Assembly: GCA_000697335.1 (NCBI GenBank)
Contig: JNEM01008788.1
Location: 1-48,033 of the forward strand
Reading direction: 5' to 3'
From: Conidiobolus incongruus B7586
Lineage: Eukaryota
DNA length: 48,033 bases
Shown here in pieces: positions 24,012-35,625 of the stretch (position 1 is the first letter of the stretch; every line of letters starts with the position of its first letter). Under the pieces are notes generated by a model. It did no database searches and had not been told where the DNA came from. It worked only from the letters and a program-made list of their open reading frames with translations. A program made the position numbers and the translations under genes.

Positions 24012-24755
24012 TCACTGTATCTCTTTATAGCATATAATCGGTCTAAAATATATCTAATCAGAAAACAATCAATTCTAGACAAAATTATCTTACCTTCCAT
24101 GAGCACAGATAAAAGGAAATTTACATAATGCTAGCTTTTGGATCATTAATTCAGCTTCTTCATATTTGATTTTATAGTTAAATTTAATACTACCTAAATA
24201 TTCTGTTAAAATATAAATAATTAAATAACTTTATATACACTTACTATAACATGCAAAATTTCTAATTATTTCAAGTAGATGATAAAATTCTATAGATCCT
24301 TCTATATGACACCATTTTATTACTATAGATTTGATCAAGCTTTTAATAGAGTCAATATTCAAATATTCATTAAATAAAGAATCTTTGATTATGTATATAG
24401 GTATTGATTCAATTTTAAGTATTATCTGATTGTGAAATATATTTTGAATAGAAATTTTAATTTCGAACCTTTTCATTTCTTGTACAATTTGTTGTATACC
24501 TTTCTTGTTATTTATATAATCAATCAATAGTGTTACAAAGTTATTTTTTGTTAGCGAGTAAGTTGGTATGCAAATGGTAGAATTCAGATTATAAATATAA
24601 TTATTTAATAAATTCTCCAATTGAATTCGTTCATGAGCTCCATGTTGATCTAATATATATAGCTTTGAATTATGGAGGTCGTTGGATTGGTAAATTAAGA
24701 ACTTGTAATCAAATTGGCCAATATATTTCAAATTCGTAAGATAAGATTTATTCAT
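24012..24755 (-). CDS. MLH3: Stand-alone MutL C-terminal (MLH3-type) endonuclease domain protein, 213 aa; exons 24755-24245, 24193-24094, 24042-24012
   Basis: The spliced product has all MutL-CTD motifs in order: IGQFDYKFL, LDQHGAHERIQLE (DQHAx2Ex4E type), FACYSSIKF and LCKFPFICAHGRP. Two 51-nt GT-AG introns restore the frame exactly. FPFxCAHGRP and QxDxKF favour MLH3 over PMS1. Confidence 0.8.
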
Positions 24756-25010
24756 TTGATTGTATTAAAACTAGTATAAAAATGAATACAGTATTCAGGT
24801 ATTTATATACGAATATCTCACTATTACCTCACAGATGATTCATCATGATATATAGTGATAGTATAATGAGTAGCCTCTGACCAATTATATTTAAGAAATA
24901 TTCATATCATTTGAAAATCTATTTGATTAATAAACAAAAAAAAATCAAGTTTGCATAAGTTGATAAAATTTTATATTTTAAAAGTAAAGATAATTTTTAA
25001 TAGAGTAGAA

Positions 25011-26757
25011 TTATTCTTTGAATTCCTTGTTAAATTCTCTTCCAATGAGCATTCTTCTAATTTCAGAGGTACCAGCTCCAATTTCATAGAGTTTAGCATC
25101 TCTGAGAATACGACCAGTGGGATAGTCATTAATGTAACCGTTACCACCTAAAAGTTGGATACCATCTAAAGCAACTTTAGTGGCGTTTTCAGCACAGTAA
25201 AGAATGACACCAGCGCAATCCTAAATACTGTTAATTCATGCTCATCCTTATCAAAAATTTATTATTATTACCTTATTTGTAGAGAAACCCTTATCACAAG
25301 CGCGGGCAACATTGTAAAGATAGGAACGAGAGGCGTTAAGTTTAGTGTACATATCAGCCAATTTTCCTTGGATCAACTAGTATTATAATTAGTTTGGTTT
25401 TTAAATAACAAAGATATAAGCTAACTTACTTGGAATTCACCAATGCGAGTGTTAAATTGCTTTCTGGTGTGGACGTAAGGCAAAGCATAATCCATGACAG
25501 CTTGCATCAAACTAAAAGGTGTATTAATTTAAAAATCGATAGCATTATATTAAATTCAAATTTACCCAACAGGGCCACCAGAAAGTACTAATCTTTCAGA
25601 ATCTAAACCACTCATTAATACGTAGACACCAGCACCTTCTTGACCAAGGACGTTTTCAGCTAAAAATGAAATGTAAATATCTATAATTAAAATAAAGATC
25701 AAAAGATCAATCTATAATACCTGGGACTTCACAGTTATCAAAAACAAGTTCACAAGTATTTGATCCTCTCATGCCAAGTTTATCTAATTTAGGGGAAGTA
25801 GAGAAGCCAGGGAAATTCTAGAGATCGAATGTTAAATTTTAATTTGGTTGATAATGTTTAATAATACCTTTTCGATCAAGAAAGCGGTGATTCCCTTGGG
25901 GCCTTTGGTGATATCAGTCTTAGCATAGACAACCAAGACATCAGCATCGGGACCGTTAGTAATCCACATTTTAGTTCCATTTAAGATATATTTATCTCCC
26001 TTTTTTTCAGCCTTTAATTTCATTGAAACGACATCAGAGCCAGAGTTAGGTTCACTCATAGCTAAAGCACCAATGTGTTCACCGGAAATAAGCTTGGGCA
26101 AGTATTTTTCTTTTTGAGCTTCGTTTCCGTTTCTGACTATTTGATTAACACATAAATTGGAATGAGCACCATAACTTAAGGCAACGGAACCGGAAGCACG
26201 ACTAATTTCTTCCATGACAATACAGTGAGTAAGGTAACCGAGATCAAGACCACCGTATTTCTCTAAATTATTATTATTTCATAACTTAATACTAGCCAAG
26301 TAAAATAAATGGATAAAATGAAATTACCAGGAGCAGTGATACCCAATAAGCCCATATCACCAAACTTCTTCCACATGTCCATAGGGAACTGGTTGGCCTT
26401 GTCAATTTCGGCAGCGCGGGGAGCTAATTCTTTTTGACAGAAATCATGAACAGTTTCACGGAACTATAATCGAGAATGATGAATCAGTTAGTATTAAAAA
26501 AAGTATTTTTAAAAATAGACCAGATATTATTGGTTAACATATAGTTGAATGAATACAAAGGTTTTACTTACGTGAGCTTGCTCTTCAGTCAAACCAGCAA
26601 TATGAGGGTTATAGCCGCCTTGAGTGACGATTGAACGTTGAAAAGATTTGGAAGCAACCTAAATATACAGAAGATTAGATACATTGATAGAGCATAAGGT
26701 GTATATGATTACCTTTGTAGAGCGTAAAGATTTTAAGCAAGTAGAAAATAAGCTCAT
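25011..26757 (-). CDS. IVD: Mitochondrial isovaleryl-CoA dehydrogenase, 416 aa; exons 26757-26713, 26658-26572, 26463-26328, 26262-25868, 25817-25721, 25659-25566, 25511-25430, 25376-25272, 25220-25011
   Basis: Eight GT-AG introns give one continuous ORF with a basic/Ser-rich presequence, [44 protein letters not shown], the IVD-type catalytic segment [15 protein letters not shown], and [17 protein letters not shown]. Confidence 0.95.
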
Positions 26758-27704
26758 ATTAATCAATTTAAGAAAAAAAGACAATTCGAAATCAAGCATC
26801 TATTTCGAATTTAATACTGAGGTCATTTACTGGTCTTGTGATTTTGTGGACCGTTTTTTAATGAATTTTGTTGAAAATGGTTAAATTCATTTCCATATAC
26901 TGGCTTGTATGTAAATTATGATCAAAGTATAAAAAGCTGATAAATTTTTTTTAAATTACTTAGTTACATTTATTGTATTAAATAAAATATAATGCGTAGC
27001 TGCTAATATAAGATAATATACTATATATTGTGATATTGATATCAAATTACTTGAAATACTTATTTGTAACAAAACTGTTGTTTAGAAAATGATTGCTAAT
27101 TCAGAATGGATAAGCGTTCACAATTCAATCTATTTATAGATATATTACATATTATCATAATTGAAATGTAATCATCATATATTCATCATGTTTTTTCAAC
27201 CTAAACATTAATATATATAACCACTAATTATTATATAACAACTATTAAAATAAATTTTGACAACTTGAAATAATAAGATTGATTATTTGATTTCAAATTT
27301 AAATATTTTAAAATATGAAAAAGGAAATCATTCGATTTATTAATCATAACAAAATTGATTGAAAATTGAGGAGTTATATATAATATGTGAATATTTGAAA
27401 ATAAATTTTTTTTATTTCCAATTTAATAGAATTTAATAATTGTTGATATTAAATTAAATAAATAATTCTAAAATTATTGAATAAAAACTAAGATAAGAAG
27501 AATTGGATAGTTTATAAAAAAATGATATTTGATTATATTTATATTGAATTAATAATGGATATAATAAGATATATTATTATAAATGAGATTAATTTATTAA
27601 TATGAAGATGAAATTATTAAAAATTTATTGAATAACCTGAGAAACCGGATAAATAAATGTTCAATATATTTTAAAGTTATTTATTTGTAATGAGTTCTCT
27701 TCAT

Positions 27705-27786
27705 GGCAACTTGGCCGAGAGGTCTAAGGCGTCAGGTTTAGGCCCTGATCTGGAAACAGGCGTGGGTTCGAACCCCACAGTTGTCA
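27705..27786 (+). tRNA. tRNA-Leu (anticodon UAG)
   Basis: Acceptor stem GGCAACT/AGTTGTC, D-arm TGGCCGAGAGGTCTAAGGC, anticodon arm TCAGG-TTTAGGC-CCTGA, long variable arm CTGGAAACAG, T-arm GTGGG-TTCGAAC-CCCAC, discriminator A, downstream TTTT. Confidence 0.95.
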
Positions 27787-28435
27787 TTCCTTTTATAATT
27801 CAAAAAACATCTCTTTGATTTATTATATATTCCTAAGCTTAACTCTCAATTTAATATATCTATTTTCTTACAAATTTTTTATAAATTAAATTTTTATTTG
27901 ATATCATCAATATTATTTTTAATTTGAGTCAATTTTTTTTGCAATTATAATATTTTATTTGCTAAATATAATCTATATCAATAAGCTATAAATTCTGAGC
28001 TAAAAAAATACATCCAATTATTATCATATCATGAATGCTTTTATAAATGATTTTTTTCAAAAAAAATGAACTATTGCATTTGTCATGGATATTGAGAAAA
28101 GTTGAGATAACAATAACCTATCATCTTTTAAGAATTGTATACTCTGTTACAATTGTTTAAAATTATTATTTTGCGGAAAAAGTTTAAATTAGCATCTATT
28201 ATTATATTATTATATATGATATATATATTTTAAAAAAATTAAAAATTTATGATCATTTTCAAATTATGAAAAAAAAATTAATTTTTAAATAGTTTCATGA
28301 ATGTCTAATGTTATAATGAGAAAAATTATGAAAATTATAGATGTTTTGTACTATAATTAAATGATATTTTAAGTTTAACTTGGATAGTGTATTTAATCTA
28401 AATACTTTTCTCTGAAGTTTGATTTTCAATTATAT

Positions 28436-28717
28436 TGTCACGAGTCAGGTGACTTCCTTCTACCCAAGTATTCTTACATCGACCTAATGTTAAAGTCATT
28501 TCCCCCTCGCATACCATCTGCTTCCACTCTATCTTTTAATTGGTCGATGATGCATATCACCGGAGAATTTCATAAATCACCTTGTCCAACTCACACTATA
28601 TAAAACGCGGAATTAAAGTATCCCCAACAAGCAAGAGTTCGATCTGAGTCCTCCCAGCTATTTGACTTAAGCCAATAGGCCCCCTATCTCCCTATCACTT
28701 ACTTGGAATTCCCCACA
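28436..28717 (-). mobile_element. Probable LTR-retrotransposon relic: 282-bp LTR-like segment with adjacent polypurine tract
   Basis: GC-elevated non-coding island bounded by TGT...ACA. On the minus strand it is immediately preceded by AAAAAAGAGAGA (28718-28729), and there is an internal TATA-like run near 28597. No target-site duplication and no second copy in the window. Confidence 0.4.
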
Positions 28718-31289
28718 TCTCTCTTTTTTATTAAAACTACTCTGGGCACGGCTTTCCTAAGAAGTGTTAATATTAAAAACTTGTTATTTCCAAAATATAT
28801 CAAATGTAAATTGTTAAAATTTTATTTGGAATCCTTATCAATAATACATAATCTAGTTTTTGATAAAAAAAATATCATTAATAATTATAATATTAACTTT
28901 TTTCAACAAGTATGATAATTTATCATTTGTATATCTGTTTCCAAGGTAATATCAATTGAAATTCATTCATTTTTGCACTTGTTCAAGCTTGAAATAATTC
29001 AAATTCATTTATTTTATGTTCAATATAAATTAACCTATATTAGCCAAAATCAACTAAGGTATCTTTATTAATATTCACCATAACCCTATTATATTTTAAT
29101 ATTTTTCATAAGCAATACGATTTATCAACTTTTTCAAAAAAAGCTATTAGTTACTTTAATACATAAATAGATCAAAATAATATGAATTTAAAAGAATTGC
29201 ATTAAAAAGGAGTTTGATTAATTTTCAAATTAATTTCTTTGAAATTTTATCAATTGAAAATTATTTTATGAGCTTAAGTTTAAATAATTGGTACTTTATT
29301 ATGCTTAAAAAATTGACAAGGGATATAATTAATTATTTTAAATTTTTATTTTTAATTTTCATTAATTCGCAGTAATCTGCGAAATGATTATTAAACCAAT
29401 ATTACAAAAGTGTCAATTATAAATAGGCTGCTTGGATTGCGAAGTTGATCAAATAATCTGTTATAAAGTCTTTTGATTTCATAAATCAAAAAATATTATA
29501 TAATTCAAAGTGTAGTCATATAAAATTATATCAATATATTTTCAAAATAATATTAATGGCAATAACGTTGAATAATATAGCTATCGATACAATATTCACT
29601 AATTATATTATGGTAAGCTTACAAATTATATATAAACTGTTAATTTCAATGGATAATGAGCATCATTTATTAATTATACATTTCTTTTACCCGTTCCAAC
29701 TCAGTAAAATATAGGGGGATGTTCAATACAAAAGATCTTTTATAAATGCTGATTGAGGTAACATTGTTTATCTTCATGATTTTGTCATTATCAAAATAGT
29801 ATATAATATTTTATAAAATTATATTAAAATGTTATATTAATTAGCTAATTGTTTATCAATTTAACTGTTAAAAAAATTTTTAACTATATAACATATAATT
29901 TGAAATTTACTAAGATATTAAATTACTAAATTAGGAAATATAAAATATATGAATCTAGATTCAAATACTTTATATTTAACTTGACAAATATTTGGTGAAA
30001 AAAAAGTTATAAAAATAAAAATATAAATTAGAAAAAGAAATTGTCTATTAATAAATAATCATAGTTATAAGTTTTTAAGGTAAATTAAATTATAATTATA
30101 TTAAAAAATTATTTTTTTTATTAATAATATTTTAAAATTACTAAATTGTTAATTTTTAAATTTTAAAAAAAAATATTAATAATATTTTACTTAAAAGGAA
30201 TTAAATATAAATTTGAATTTGAATCCCTCATTAATTATTAAATTCAATTCTGTATTTAGTACCGATGGACCTATAAAAGAAATTTTAACCATTTGATTTT
30301 AAATTTATGCAAATCAGAAAAGTTTCAGTACCTTTTTTAGATACTATTATGAACTTTATCAAATATTTGATTTTTTTTTAAATTATAGTTTGAAAGATTA
30401 TAAAGGAATTTTTACCGAATTCACTACTTAGTTTAATATTTTATGAATTAATCAAAAGCTAATTATTTTGATTCATCTCTCATTTCCTGACATATCTATT
30501 TCACCCATCTTGACTAAAAGTTTTTATATTGGATAGTCAATTGAACCAATATTATTTGAAAGCATTAAGCTCTTCTAAATATTCAAAAGTGAACAAAAGT
30601 AAGGAATTTGCATAAATAGAATGTCGCTATAGAGATTACTTGTTTATAACGGATATTTGGCCAGATAATTCATTTCAGGGCCGACTCAATTTCCTTGCAT
30701 CTAATTTATTCAAATTTTAAATCCTTATACTAGATTAACAAGATATATCATTATTTTAATATTAATATTTCATCAGATATATTTAATTAATAATAATATA
30801 TTACCAATATATATATAGTAATAGTATAAGATAAAAATTTTATCTATTTTATCTATATTATTATTATATTAAAATTTATGAACCTTTAATTCGGTGTTTG
30901 AACATTTAATAATTTGACATGCATTTAATTATTCATATGATATTTTTCTAATAAGGAATTATAGATTCTTAAAGTGGAAATTTCAAGATTAATATCTAAA
31001 TTTAAATAACTATCCCCTATTTGATAATAACTCATTCAACTAAAGAGATTAAAATTAGGTTGTAAATATTCACTTATAATTTGATTATTTTGATTAATTT
31101 ATATTCTCCTGAATTTTAAAATATTAAAATATACGAGCTATTTATAATTATATAAAAAGTAATCTTAATAATCTTATTAGACTATTTTCACAATGAAATC
31201 AAGATAAATAGTATTTATTTAAAAGGTATTAAAGCTAGTTTATATAATTTACAAATATTAATCAATAATGATATAATCGCAAGATTGGG

Positions 31290-33131
31290 TTAATTTGAAG
31301 GTGTATACATAAATTTCCATGGATCGATATAACCACCCCAAATCGCTTCATTTTCAAAGTGAAAGTCAAGAAAACTATGAGGATCCGACTCGATGGACTG
31401 CATTGCAGAAGTGAGTTTAGGAATAAATTCACTGGCTCCCTCCCATCTGGATTGGAATCGCTTAATCGTTCTAATGAAGGAGTGGAATTTTCTAGTTACA
31501 TTCTGCTCATTCACTACGAAATAAATTGGACAATCATCTTGTGGTTCATAATAGGGTACATTGTAAAGTTTCAATAGTTTGATATATTTCAATATTGAAA
31601 CATAGCATAACCCAGCGTAATGGCAATAGGAACTGGGGAAACATGGTGGATTATCGAATTCAGCAGGGATTTCAAAATTGGAGGATGGGCTACTGGCATT
31701 AGTCACCTTTGAGTCCTGATATTTAGACTGAATACTGGCATAATCCTTTAAAATTCTAGTAATTCCGTTGCAGGAAATTACCGCATTATATGCCATACTC
31801 AACATGGTAGGAAATTGCATCACATACTCAGATTTAGAAAATAAAAATAAGTGAGTATAGATTTTTGCTGAATGAAAGATTACATATAACATGATGATTT
31901 TTTGAGAGAATGATGACATTTGAAAATTAGTAGAGTTGAACAGTTTCTTATGGTATCTCAATGGCTTAGGGAGTTGGTTATATCGCTGGTCGATTGTTTG
32001 GATGCCTTTAAAAATTTCTTCAATAAAACCATCATTCAGTTTAAGCTCAGGTGGATTAGCAAAACTACTGATATTCCACATAATTCTAACTAATCCCATT
32101 AACTGTTCATAATACATTTTCATTGGTGAAGGGAGTTGGGACCTGGTGGAGATAACAATTTGTGTATCAGAATAGGATTGAATTTTAGCAGGTTTAAATT
32201 TAGGTAAACTTGTCACTCCAACGAAATTGGGTCGATCAATGAACTGAGAAATACCATAATCGAGTCTTACTAAAACATTCCATAGATGGCGTATACGGTC
32301 TTTTTCAACTTCGGATAGATGATCGAAGATCATGCAATCCTCTTCATCGATTTCATGGTATCGAAGTGACTGAGCCAATCTCACAGCCTCTCCAATCCTC
32401 AGATGGCCCTTAGTAGTATAGCCTCGAATTAAATCAACTACACTTAAGATAGCCAAAGATTGAATAAGTTCCAAAGATGGAGAATGGTAGGCTAAGATAA
32501 TTTCATTAATCGAGTGTTCATAAAAATATTGTGAGCAATCGGATTTTGCAGATACAAGATCTGGATGAGATGAATATTGACTAGATAAAGCGTACATGGC
32601 ATTTAGTAGAAAAGGGGGTCTTGATTCAGTATTGAAAAATTGAGGGATATCCAATATTTTTGGTAATGCAAAGTGCTCGTCCAGTGTAAAAAATAAAGAT
32701 ATAAGATTATTAGAAAGACTATTATATACAGGTGTTTGTTGAATTTTGGTTTTTCTAGCAAGTTGGCGCGTGATTAAAGTTACAGTATTAGAAATAACAA
32801 CTTCATCGATAGTTTCTTTATCAGAGCTTTCTACTGAATTGTTATCATCTTCTGAAGTATCAAGAGGGAGTATTTTTGATTCTTTGACAGAGGGAAGAGA
32901 GTCTATCAGAGCACAATATGATTTTACCGAGTTTTCTAATATATCAATTCGTTCTTTAATTTGGAAAATAAGTGATTTTTTCACCGAGGGAGCTGGTCGC
33001 TTGTTAATACTTTGATGAAAAGGATCTTCTACAGGAACGCTATCTGTAGGGGCGGCAGAAGCATTGAGTTGGAAAGCGTAAAAAGCACCTTGAGTTGAAA
33101 TGTTTGGGGGTTTAGAAGTTCTGGGGCTCAT
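31290..33131 (-). CDS. Fungal-specific transcription factor (Fungal_trans / middle homology region) protein without a visible Zn2Cys6 cluster (613 aa)
   Basis: MHR motifs FLLNAMYALSSQY, SLELIQSLAILS, GHLRIGEAVRLAQSLRYHEID and SEVEKDRIRHLWNVLVRLD. Only one Cys in the first ~180 aa. Confidence 0.8.
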   Translation of the reverse strand: MSPRTSKPPNISTQGAFYAFQLNASAAPTDSVPVEDPFHQSINKRPAPSVKKSLIFQIKERIDILENSVKSYCALIDSLPSVKESKILPLDTSEDDNNSVESSDKETIDEVVISNTVTLITRQLARKTKIQQTPVYNSLSNNLISLFFTLDEHFALPKILDIPQFFNTESRPPFLLNAMYALSSQYSSHPDLVSAKSDCSQYFYEHSINEIILAYHSPSLELIQSLAILSVVDLIRGYTTKGHLRIGEAVRLAQSLRYHEIDEEDCMIFDHLSEVEKDRIRHLWNVLVRLDYGISQFIDRPNFVGVTSLPKFKPAKIQSYSDTQIVISTRSQLPSPMKMYYEQLMGLVRIMWNISSFANPPELKLNDGFIEEIFKGIQTIDQRYNQLPKPLRYHKKLFNSTNFQMSSFSQKIIMLYVIFHSAKIYTHLFLFSKSEYVMQFPTMLSMAYNAVISCNGITRILKDYASIQSKYQDSKVTNASSPSSNFEIPAEFDNPPCFPSSYCHYAGLCYVSILKYIKLLKLYNVPYYEPQDDCPIYFVVNEQNVTRKFHSFIRTIKRFQSRWEGASEFIPKLTSAMQSIESDPHSFLDFHFENEAIWGGYIDPWKFMYTPSN

Positions 33132-35625
33132 TTAATTAATTCAGTTAGAATACAATAAAACAATAATACATTGATGAAAACTTAAAGAGAAGTGATGAAA
33201 GTAAATTTGGATAAATGAGGTTCATATTGATAGACAATCCTTCTATTTATACCCCAAATCCAGAATTTAGATTAATCCATGCGTTGCATTTTAGGAATTA
33301 TTTAATCAATTCCAATTTGTATGATTCTTGATTTTGATTGAATAAAAAAGGAAAGAAAAATTTGTTTTGCATATATTAGGTTACTGATACTAGTGAAATC
33401 ATTATGAAGGCTAATATATGTGATATGTTTTGTAAAAAGTCGCATCTAGTTGATTTTATGAAAACAGGTGATATAAGATTCAAAGAGAAATGGCTACGTA
33501 TCAAATTTCATTGCATAAAATAAATGCTCCATATTTTGTTATTATATTATATGTAACATATCTAATGATGAGCCTCAAATGAGATTGGTATATTACTTAG
33601 AAACATCTCAAAACTTCTTAATAGAAAAGTAATATATTTTCAGAGCATATGCTATCCAATTAATACTTTACATGAATTTTAAATGAATCATATTCAATTA
33701 ATTTATTATGTCAAATTGATCCAATTTTAACCTATCTTCATTTAAATTGACCTCCTTAAACTGAGCTTTGAACAATGTTGATATTTTACACAAATTAGTG
33801 TTCTATTAATCAATTTTATGACAATGCAAAACTTAAAAAAATACTGCATAAATTATTCAATCTATTCTCAATAACCTCAACAATTCTATTTATAATATTA
33901 GTAAATTTTATTTGTAATTTAATTGGATTAAAATTTCAGATTAATAATTTTAAATAATAATCTGTTAATTATTTTATTTGTCACTATTATGGAACAAGAA
34001 CGACAAGCTTTTGACAAGTATAATGCCAAGTTAAATCATCTAGCACCATGATTTTTATGAATTATATATGAAATAAAAAGTTTTATGTTGGTAATAATAT
34101 AGTCGAAGTCAAGACCTTTACATTATTTTTAATAAAGTTTTTAATTCACTACATTTTTGTCTAGCTTGAATTCAATAGTATAGATTTCAACTTGATATAT
34201 TATAATTTATTTTAAGGTGACCGGGTATTTTTTTAATTTTTAAGTTACATCCTAATAATCGGGTTTTTATAATAATCATATTTCAAATCCAATATACTTT
34301 TGATTTATAAAAAATTAATAATCATTTGTAATAATAATGCAGTTTAAAAAATATTCAAATTGACTATTAAATTTTCAAAATTATTCCAAGTAAATAATTT
34401 TATCTGATAAATAAAAATTGATATAGTGGAATATTGATGATTATAATTTAATAGCTTTGCAAATTATAGCACATATGTAAAAATTAAATTTATTTTTAAT
34501 TGTATTATGAATAGTAATTCCATTTCAAGATCTTATATGAGTAAAATACACATGATATTTTCAATGGTATAGTCAAAGGAACTAAGAATATTTATAGTTT
34601 TTTCCACTCTTATAGTATTCTTTGATAGAATATTTGACAAATTTGACTAATGGTGTATAATATATTCGAGATAATAGCTCAATAGTTAATAAATAAAATA
34701 TATCATAAATTATCTTAACTTGTGAAATTGGGAAAAAATGTCTGAAATTAGATTTACAAAATTTCAAAGAAAATTGTATTGAAAGTTGAAATATACAATA
34801 GTTACCTATATGATTAGTGTTAAAAGATAGCTGGTACAAGATTTAAAAGTGTGTTTGTTTTAAGTATACACTAAAGTTACTTAACATTTAAAAATAAAAA
34901 AGCTAGACAAAGTTATGCTTGAATGGTATGGTAGAAATAATATAATAATGATTAAAAATTAAAATTCCTATTAATTTTTGGAAGTACTTTTTAAAGATAT
35001 TTTATGAAAACAAATTAAGCTGGTTAATTCAATATTTTGATTCTGGATCTTAAAAATAAAAAATGGCATAATAAATTAATAAAAACAATATACTAGCATT
35101 GATTAATAATCAGTGAATTATAATTGATTAAAACGAATAATTTATGTCTATTTCAATAAAATCAAGTGAAATATTCAATCATATTATTGACATTTGATTC
35201 ATATTTTAATCGCACGACTAAACTTATCAAGCACCTAAAAGTACATGTTTTTATCGATTGTTTAATATAATAGGCTGGTTTTTTATTAAAATAATTAAAA
35301 TACAGCTGAAATTATCAATATTATTCACAAGTTTTTAAAATAATATATTTATTTATAGCAAGACAGCGAAATCATTTTCTCAATAATAGTGAAGGATATC
35401 CTTCAATGAAACTTTTTTAAATGGTTTTATTAATTATATTACTACATGAGATACCAAGAAATATGTTAATTTATCAATGTTTAAATTTGTTTTTGTAATT
35501 AGATAATGCATTTTAACCAGATATAGCTGTATTAGGATATAAGATTATGAAAAATTAGACATCAATAAAATAGATTATAAGCCAAGTATGATTAGTAGAA
35601 AATAATACAACAGTTAGTTGATTTA

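Noticed and set aside
24795..24846. Minus-strand ATGATGA...CTGA (perfect C and D boxes) upstream of the MLH3-type gene
   Set aside because: Only 52 nt long, minimal terminal stem, no convincing rRNA or snRNA complementarity; it also straddles a likely splice donor.
26464..26571. IVD intron 2 is about twice the usual intron length (108 nt): possible microexon or snoRNA host
   Set aside because: No internal AG acceptor and no C box on the sense strand; the protein is complete without an extra exon.
26757..27786. tRNA-Leu lying divergently next to a leucine-catabolism gene (IVD)
   Set aside because: No mechanism or linking sequence visible; tRNA genes are dispersed, so coincidence is the simplest reading.
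28682..28696. CCCTATCT-CCCTATC near-tandem 8-mer considered as a telomerase RNA template
   Set aside because: The organism's telomere repeat is unknown, the possible pseudoknot lies on the wrong side of it, and an LTR origin explains the region more simply.
30470..30700. Slightly GC-richer patch that might be a pseudogene (similar patches near 5430-5950 and 15880-16290)
   Set aside because: The frames I translated contain several stops and resemble no protein family I can recognise.
33989..34051. Small ORF MEQERQAFDKYNAKLNHLAP
   Set aside because: Only 20 codons, with no splice partner or homology evidence.
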